A stretch of DNA of 15,529 nucleotides. Origin: Armatimonadia bacterium. Its GTDB lineage: Bacteria; Armatimonadota; Zipacnadia; Zipacnadales; UBA11051. The notes below the pieces were generated by a model. The model made no database searches and had not been told where the DNA came from. It saw only the letters and a program-made list of their open reading frames with translations. Within the stretch, counting starts at the first letter, position 1. The number at the start of each line of letters is the position of its first letter. This document shows, piece by piece, positions 7,267 to 13,400 of this stretch. The translations under genes and the position numbers were made by a program. The stretch is from the NCBI GenBank assembly GCA_039683575.1, contig JBDKRC010000097.1, forward strand, positions 1 through 15,529, in the 5' to 3' direction.

Positions 7267-8160
7267 ATGGCGATTACACGTGAAGGTCTGTCGCTCAAGC
7301 TCGCGCGGTTTCTCAGGGACCAGTCATGGCAGAATGATGCCGCCGACGCTGGGACGGCGCAGTTGGTCTGCCTGCGTGGTTGCATGGTCAACGAGGATGG
7401 CAGTCTTTCAGCCAAGGGTGACCCGGGAGTATACACCGACCACTATGACGATACGATGATCGTGTTCGGCCAGAAGGCAAATGGGGCGCCATACCTCGAG
7501 ACGTTCAAGGCAAGTGCGAAACCCGGACTGGCATGGATCCGCAGTCCGCAGTACGCAAGCGCGAATCAGGGCTGCCCGACGGTGCAGCCGGGCCAGTACC
7601 GGTATGTGAGGGGACTGCATCGCGGTCATCAAGCCATGAGGCAGGCCTCGGGCTCCCCGGTCTGTGTCATCAGGGATCTCGATGATGATGCCCAACTGGA
7701 AGTAACTGACCGGGTAGATTACCCTATGTACACCGGAGTAAACATCCACGCGGGTGGCTCCAGCAGTCGGGTTGGCCTGAATTCATCGGGCTGCCAAGTA
7801 ATCTGGGGCGGTTGGGGTGGCAAGCCCTGGAGCACCTTTCACAAGCTGATCTATCAGGTGGCGAAGGCCCAGTCCGTTTTCCATTATATGGTGGCGGACT
7901 TCTTGTTCTTCGGCAAATGGCATGATGACGGTCAGGCGGGCAGGCAGTTCACGAACCTGTTGTATGGCTCGTGTGGCGGCCGGGTGAAGAAGCTGCAGGA
8001 GGCACTGGCTGAGCACGGCTACTACGGCTCAAAGATCATCGACGGTGAGTTTGGCCGAGTGACTGACGAGGGGCTACGTGCGTATCAGCGCAGCTTGAGG
8101 CTACAGCCGGACGGCATCGCTACGGCTGAGATCAGGACGAGACTCGGGGTTGCCGAGTAG
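7267..8160 (+). CDS. Peptidoglycan-binding domain protein with N-terminal YkuD/L,D-transpeptidase-like His-Cys domain (297 aa, lysin-like architecture)
   Basis: ATG 7267 follows a strong SD (GGAGGGAG, 7254-7261). GVNIHAGG...SSGCQVI gives H-x14-C (H at 7747, C at 7792). C-terminal PG_binding_1-like segment VKKLQEAL...IDGEFGRVT...AYQRSLRLQPDGIA from ~7957. Confidence 0.85.
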   Translation: MAITREGLSLKLARFLRDQSWQNDAADAGTAQLVCLRGCMVNEDGSLSAKGDPGVYTDHYDDTMIVFGQKANGAPYLETFKASAKPGLAWIRSPQYASANQGCPTVQPGQYRYVRGLHRGHQAMRQASGSPVCVIRDLDDDAQLEVTDRVDYPMYTGVNIHAGGSSSRVGLNSSGCQVIWGGWGGKPWSTFHKLIYQVAKAQSVFHYMVADFLFFGKWHDDGQAGRQFTNLLYGSCGGRVKKLQEALAEHGYYGSKIIDGEFGRVTDEGLRAYQRSLRLQPDGIATAEIRTRLGVAE

Positions 8161-8225
8161 GATCTCTGTCCGGCATGACGTCGCGCTGTCTCTTCTGCGT
8201 GCTTTCCACTCTGGGGGGTTACGAC

Positions 8226-8600
8226 ATGATCGTGTTCATCAGCGACTTGCACATAGGGGCAGCTGTACCGCTATTGCCGGGGGTGGGGCAGAGAATGACA
8301 CCCTCTCAGCGCAGCTTGGCTCCCCTGCAGTTGCAGCTACCGGCAGGTGCGGTAGAGGGGTTCTATGATGACATCACCCGCCTTGCTCGAGACGCCGGTG
8401 CGAAAAAGGTGACGTTGGTTCTGTTGGGGGACATCTTCGACTTTATCCAGACCCGTGTCTGGCTCAACCGCAGCAAGGGCGAACCCCAGGCCTGGAGACT
8501 TGGTGACCCAGAAGAGGGGCAGGTCGCAGAGGTGATGGCTCGGATCGTCTGGGATAATCGTGCATTCTTCCGCGCTGTGTCCGGAAGGCGGAGGAAGTAA
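8226..8600 (+). pseudogene. Truncated calcineurin-like metallophosphoesterase (N-terminal 124 aa only)
   Basis: MIVFISDLHIG (motif I, DxH) and LVLLGDIFDF (motif II, GDxxD) are present. The stop at 8600 comes before motif III (GNH[DE]), and no continuation was seen downstream. Confidence 0.7.
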
Positions 8601-8643
8601 CGCCCGCAAGGACGTCGGGTCGTTGCATTTTGATATGTCCTTT

Positions 8644-8666
8644 CGTGAAACGTGAAACGTGAAACG
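8644..8666. repeat. Heptamer tandem repeat (CGTGAAA)x3
   Basis: CGTGAAA CGTGAAA CGTGAAA CG read directly. Confidence 0.9.
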
Positions 8667-8672
8667 CTCCGC

Positions 8673-8861
8673 AGGCCCGAAGGGCCGACCGGCCTCTAGC
8701 CAGGGCCGCAAGGCCCTGGGGCCCCGCCCTCCTCGTCTTGAGCCCCGAAGGGGCGGCAGCCTCCGCGCGACTTGCTGCCGCCCCTTCGGGGCTCTATCGT
8801 TGGGTGGCCTGATACCAGGGGCTTGCGCCCCTGGCTAGAGGCCGGTCGGCCCTTCGGGCCT
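8673..8861. repeat. Nested REP/REPIN-like palindromic element (189 bp)
   Basis: Perfect 33-bp outer arms (8673-8705 / 8829-8861) and perfect 21-bp inner arms (8740-8760 / 8774-8794). Each arm holds a GCCC-GAA-GGGC mini-hairpin. GCAA/TTGC-loop hairpins lie at 8700-8719 and 8815-8834. Confidence 0.9.
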
Positions 8862-8889
8862 TGGAGAGACGACACCCCGAAACGACAAA

Positions 8890-8957
8890 CCACACAACCC
8901 CAGCACGCCTCCGCTCAGTGGTTAGGGCCAAGAGCGGAAGCGGCTGAGGTTGTTTGG
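8890..8957 (-). other. Long imperfect hairpin, candidate structured RNA or terminator on the minus strand
   Basis: 8890-8916 pairs with 8932-8957. Two C.A mismatches on + become G.U pairs on -, and the stem is followed on - by a T-rich run (TTTGTCGTTT). Confidence 0.45.
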
Positions 8958-8976
8958 GTAGGGGTACCCCTATGAA

Positions 8977-9012
8977 AAAGTGATAGCTGCAATCAATTAT
9001 CACTTTATCACT
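8977..9012. promoter_or_regulatory. AT-rich operator-like inverted repeat AAAGTGATA-N12-TATCACTTT with extra tandem TTATCACT half-site
   Basis: Arms at 8977-8985 and 8998-9006; TTATCACT at 8997-9004 and 9005-9012; an AT-rich island ~250 bp upstream of the UROD-family gene. Confidence 0.5.
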
Positions 9013-9262
9013 CAGGTGCAGGGGCGTCATTCAGTGCCCATTTGACCAGCCCGCCGACGCCCTTCGGGCGGTCCAGGCCGATGATGCTGCGTTCAGCAGG
9101 CACCTCCCACCGCATGATTCAACTGGGGTGACACCTCTCCCCCCACTTCCCCTCCAGAGACCACCTATTGAATTGGGGGCACCCCGACGCAGGAGGGGGA
9201 GGACAGGCAGGGAAATGCCTTCACCGGAGACAGGCGCGGGTTCACGCCCTGAAGGAGGCACA

Positions 9263-10342
9263 ATGAGACGCGAGACCCTCAGTCACCGCGAGCGCGTACG
9301 GCTGGCCTTGCAGCACCAGATTACTGACCGGATACCGATTGCGTTCGTGTGCTCAGGCATCAATCCACCGGCGCACCGGGCGCTGGAAGAGTACCTCGCC
9401 CGTGAGCGCGGGCTCACGGTGGCGGAGTACCTGCACCCCCTTCTGGACCTCAAACCAGCCCTGCCAGGGTACGTCGGCCCCGCTCTCGCGCCGGGAACGG
9501 ACTACTGGGGCGTCCACCGCAGCCCGCTGAGCTACGGTGCGGATGTGTACAGTGAGATCGATGTCTACCCGCTGGCACAGGCCCAGGCGGTCGCGGACGT
9601 GGCGGCGCACCCATTCCCGCAGCCGGAGTGGTTTGACTATGCCTCGATGCCGGCGCTGGTCAAATCCCTGCAGGCGGAGGGCGAGTACTGCCTGATGCTG
9701 GCCAATGCCAACATCTTCGAGACCTCGTGGTACATGCGCGGTTTCGAGCAGTTCTTGATGGACCTGGTGCTTGCTCCCGAGCTATCCCATGCCATCATGA
9801 GCCGTGTGACTGACTTCTACATCGAATATGTACACCGCACACTCTCGGCGGTGCCGGGGGAGATAGACCTGGTCTTCACGGCTGACGACATTGGGGGCCA
9901 AAATGGGCTGCTGATGTCGCTGGCGATGTGGGAAGAGCATCTCAAGCCCTACCACCGGCGGGTGAATGACGTCATTCACGAGCACGGGGCCAAGGTCATC
10001 TACCATTCGGACGGGTCAGTGGCAGAGGCGGCGGAGGGCCTGGTGGACATGGGTAGAGATGTGCTGCAGGCCCTGCAGTTCGATGCAGCGGGGATGGATC
10101 CGGCTGACCTGAAAGGGAGGCTTGGCGACGTACTGTGCTTCCAGGGCGGGGTGAGCGTCCAGCAGACGCTGCCCTTCGGCACGGCTGACGACGTGCGGGC
10201 GGAGGTCCGGATGCTGATTGACGTATTGGGCGCGGGCGGCGGCTACATCCTCGGCCCGAGCCACTGCATCCAGGCTGGCACGCCGCCGGAGAACATAGTG
10301 GCGATGTTTGACGAAGCGGCGGGATACTACCCGCACGCCTAG
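9263..10342 (+). CDS. Uroporphyrinogen decarboxylase-family (UROD/MtaA-CmuA-like) protein, not HemE (359 aa)
   Basis: ATG 9263 follows AAGGAGG (9252-9258). Motifs SHRERVRLAL...DRIP, FETSWYMRGFEQFLMDL, TADDIGGQ, YHSDG, FQGGVSVQQTLPFGT, GGYILGPSHCI; the HemE MRQAGRY motif is absent. Confidence 0.9.
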   Translation: MRRETLSHRERVRLALQHQITDRIPIAFVCSGINPPAHRALEEYLARERGLTVAEYLHPLLDLKPALPGYVGPALAPGTDYWGVHRSPLSYGADVYSEIDVYPLAQAQAVADVAAHPFPQPEWFDYASMPALVKSLQAEGEYCLMLANANIFETSWYMRGFEQFLMDLVLAPELSHAIMSRVTDFYIEYVHRTLSAVPGEIDLVFTADDIGGQNGLLMSLAMWEEHLKPYHRRVNDVIHEHGAKVIYHSDGSVAEAAEGLVDMGRDVLQALQFDAAGMDPADLKGRLGDVLCFQGGVSVQQTLPFGTADDVRAEVRMLIDVLGAGGGYILGPSHCIQAGTPPENIVAMFDEAAGYYPHA

Positions 10343-10349
10343 AAGCAAT

Positions 10350-10382
10350 GCGTGGGAGACACACGGAGTGCGCCTCCCACGC
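10350..10382 (-). terminator. GC-rich hairpin between convergent genes, probable terminator/REP-like stem
   Basis: GCGTGGGAG (10350-10358) pairs with CTCCCACGC (10374-10382). The inner ACACAC/GTGCGC extends the stem to 15 bp with G.U pairs only on the minus strand. There is no clean poly-U tail. Confidence 0.55.
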
Positions 10383-10401
10383 TATTCTCACCTCGGCACG
10401 G

Positions 10402-13400
10402 CTACTTAGTCAGGTTGACCTTCGCCTGCCCTGTAACCCCGGTGGCAACGTCAGTGGCACTGATGGTCCATGCGCCCGGGCTGTCGTTGAGCGCGAAGGT
10501 GATTGCCCCGTTGGCGAGACCCTTCCCACTCCGAAGCTGCGTTGCGTAGTACGTGCGCTCCTGGTTGTCAGGGCCGAGCACCTTGACCCGGTACGCCCTC
10601 GGGGCGCCAGAGGGCACGGTGCCAACGGAATACGTCAGAGTCTGCCCCTGCTTCACTGACAGGTCCTTCGGCTGCACCTTCACGCTGGTCACCGCCGCCG
10701 GAAGCAGCGCGTACACCGCGGCTTCCCCTGCGGCCAGGTTCAACGAAATCCGGTCAGTCGCGCCCAGGTACTTGCTGGCGCGAGCGTTGTAGACGTGAAG
10801 CTTCGCCGGAAGCGTCAGCCGCACCGCGGACCCGCCGGGCTTGGCATCCCGCAGCAGCCCCACATACTGCACGCCTGCGTCAGTGAAGCGGCGCACGATC
10901 ACCCCGCCACCCTCGATTTCGCTCTTGATTGGCGAACCGATGCCACCTGCGGCAAAGGCAGCCTGCACAATGCGCAGCGTCTCCTTGCCCAGCTGCAGGT
11001 CGCGCCGGCGCGGGTACTGGTTGACGAAGCTGTTGAGCAGGATCGCCTTGCCCTTGCCATAGTTGTTGACGATGAACAGGGGCGCATCGCCGAGGCTGCC
11101 GAGGGCCTTGCCGCCCTTGACCTGCAGCGAAGGCTGCGCGACGTAGTCATCCAGAGTGAACGCAGTCTGGTTCGGAAGCGTGAAGGCCGCTTCGCCGGGG
11201 ACCATTTTCTCCAGCGGATCGACCTTGGGAGCCGTGACCCCAAAGACGTCGTCCAGGGCGCCCTGGGCCAACGTCCGGCAGTGCTCGTCCATCAAACCCG
11301 GCCGTCCGTCCGCGATGACGACCCCGCCGGATTGCACGAAAGCCTTGATCGCGGCCACTTCCTTAGCTGAGAGCGCCTGCGAGTACGGCAGGATGAGCGC
11401 CTTGGCGTTCTTCAGCGCGCCCGCCTCGATCTCGGCGTAGGCGATGAACTCCGTCTGCATGCCGAGGTCGTCAATCGCCTTCATCCACCCCTCGCGGTTG
11501 TTGCGGAACAGGTCATCGGCGTTGGTGATGTACGCGGCATGGATGCTTGGCTGCGAGTAGTGGACAAGGACGTCCGCCGGGCGCTCACATCCCGCGAACA
11601 GCGTCCCCAGCCCCTGCTGCTGGTCCTTGATGGCCGCGAGCCCGTCCGCAGTGGCCTGTGGCAGCGTCAGGTCGGGGTTCAGCATGTAGTTGTAGACAAA
11701 GAAGCTGCCCCCGTGGGCTTGGTTGAAGAAGCGGTTCCACATGGTCACGGAGACGTCCGGGTGCTTCTGCGCATATCCCCACCAGGGGAGCGTGACCATA
11801 TCGAACGAGCGGTGCATCTCGCCGGTGTTCTGGTGGTCGTAGGACTGGATGAAGTCGAGCGTGTGGGCCAGCCGCCACCAGTCGAAGCCGCCGTACGCCT
11901 CGGCAGCCTGGGTGCCGGAGATGCCGATGCGCCCCTCCGGATCGTGCTTGCGGATCTCATTGCGCACGAACTTCATATAATCCGAGAAGGCGTATTCCAT
12001 GTAGGTGCGATGGTCGGCCCAGGGGGCGAAGTTGGTGCGGCCCTTGACCTCGAGCGCCGTCAGGGGCATGACCTCATCCCAACTCTTGAAGCTGGTCTCC
12101 CATTCAGCATTCAGCGCCGCAAGATCGGGATACTGGGTCTGCAGCCACGTGCGGAAGCTCTGCAGGCTCACGGGGCTGAAGTCATAGTCGTAGGGCGTGA
12201 CGTAGTAGGTGGTGCTCAGTTCGTCGCCCAGGCAGTAGCCCATGGGTCGGAAGGGGTTGAGAACCTTGAGGGTAGACGCGATCTTCTCGGCCTGCTTCTG
12301 GCGCAGCTCCGGGTCCTCCAGCGACACCGGGCGCTGCAGGTATTGCTTGTCACCGGTTTTCACATACTCGGCCTGCTGCTCCTGAAAGCCCGGCTTGCCG
12401 TCGCGGGTCTTGGTGGTAGACAGCCGCAGCGGGTCTCCACCGAGACCGTAGGGCAGAAGGCGGAAACCAGCGGCGAAGTTCGAGGCATTCTCCTCTGGCT
12501 GCAGCCAGCTGGTGCTGATCTGGACGGTGTCCATGCCAAGCAAGCGGACCTGGTCGGAGGCCGCGGCCTGCATGTGATCGTTGCTGTAGGCACCCGCGGG
12601 GTTGCCCCACAGCGTCCACGTCATCGCGCCCCAATCCCGCGTCGCGGCTCGCTGAGGCATCAGCAGCACGTCCTGCTCCCCGGCGGCGAGCACACCCTTG
12701 GCATCGCGGACTTCAGCGCGGAGAGTGCCCTTGGTCGTCAATGGCTCAGGGACTGTTAGTTGGCAATCAACCGCCAGACTGTCCTGCGTGAAGCCCTTGG
12801 GCACCGTCAGGGGCGATGACTGTCTCGCGATCTCGCGCCCGAGTGCATCTGTCAGCGTCAACTCGACACTTCCCGCCTGCCCCTCGCCATTCAGCAGCGA
12901 CGCCTTGACGGTAGTGCTGATTACATCCCCGGCCCCGTACACCGGCTTCTCAAGCGGCGACAGCGCCACTGTGGCGTTCCCCAGATGAATCTCCTCCGAC
13001 GCCCAATCCACCACTTTCCCCTGATCCCGCAGGATCACATCAACGAGATGATGCTGCTGGGCCAGGTGAGCCGGGAACGCATAGGTGAAGCCGCCGACGT
13101 CGCCCTGCGGACACGCCGGCATCGTTCGCTCGTCCACAACATTGCCGAACTCATCCGTCACACGCACCGTGGCCTGCAGGCCGCGAGCCTTCTCGGCGTC
13201 CTGAATCCGTACCCGAACCGCCCGCTGTGGCGCCTCTCCTGCCGGCCTCGGCATGCTGTCCACAAGCGAGACGATTGAGGTAATCACCGTTTCCGGTTCC
13301 CGCCGCGCCGCCCACAAGAGCGACTTGCCCAGCAGCGAGTAGTGGTACTCCCAGTATGGGAAGCGCTGTGGGGCATTGCGCACCCACGGCGTGAGCCCAT

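Noticed and set aside
8640-9020. CRISPR array or tRNA in the repeat-rich region
   Set aside because: Repeats are inverted and nested rather than regularly spaced direct repeats; no cloverleaf or T-loop motif, and no cas genes.
9179-9208. SigH-like promoter GCAGGA-N17-GAAAT, with a similar GCAGGA-N15-GAAAT at 5478
   Set aside because: Spacing is inconsistent between the two sites and the -10 is imperfect; too weak to call.
9128-9262. Pro/Arg-rich extension of the UROD-family ORF
   Set aside because: Low-complexity translation of intergenic DNA; AAGGAGG supports ATG 9263.
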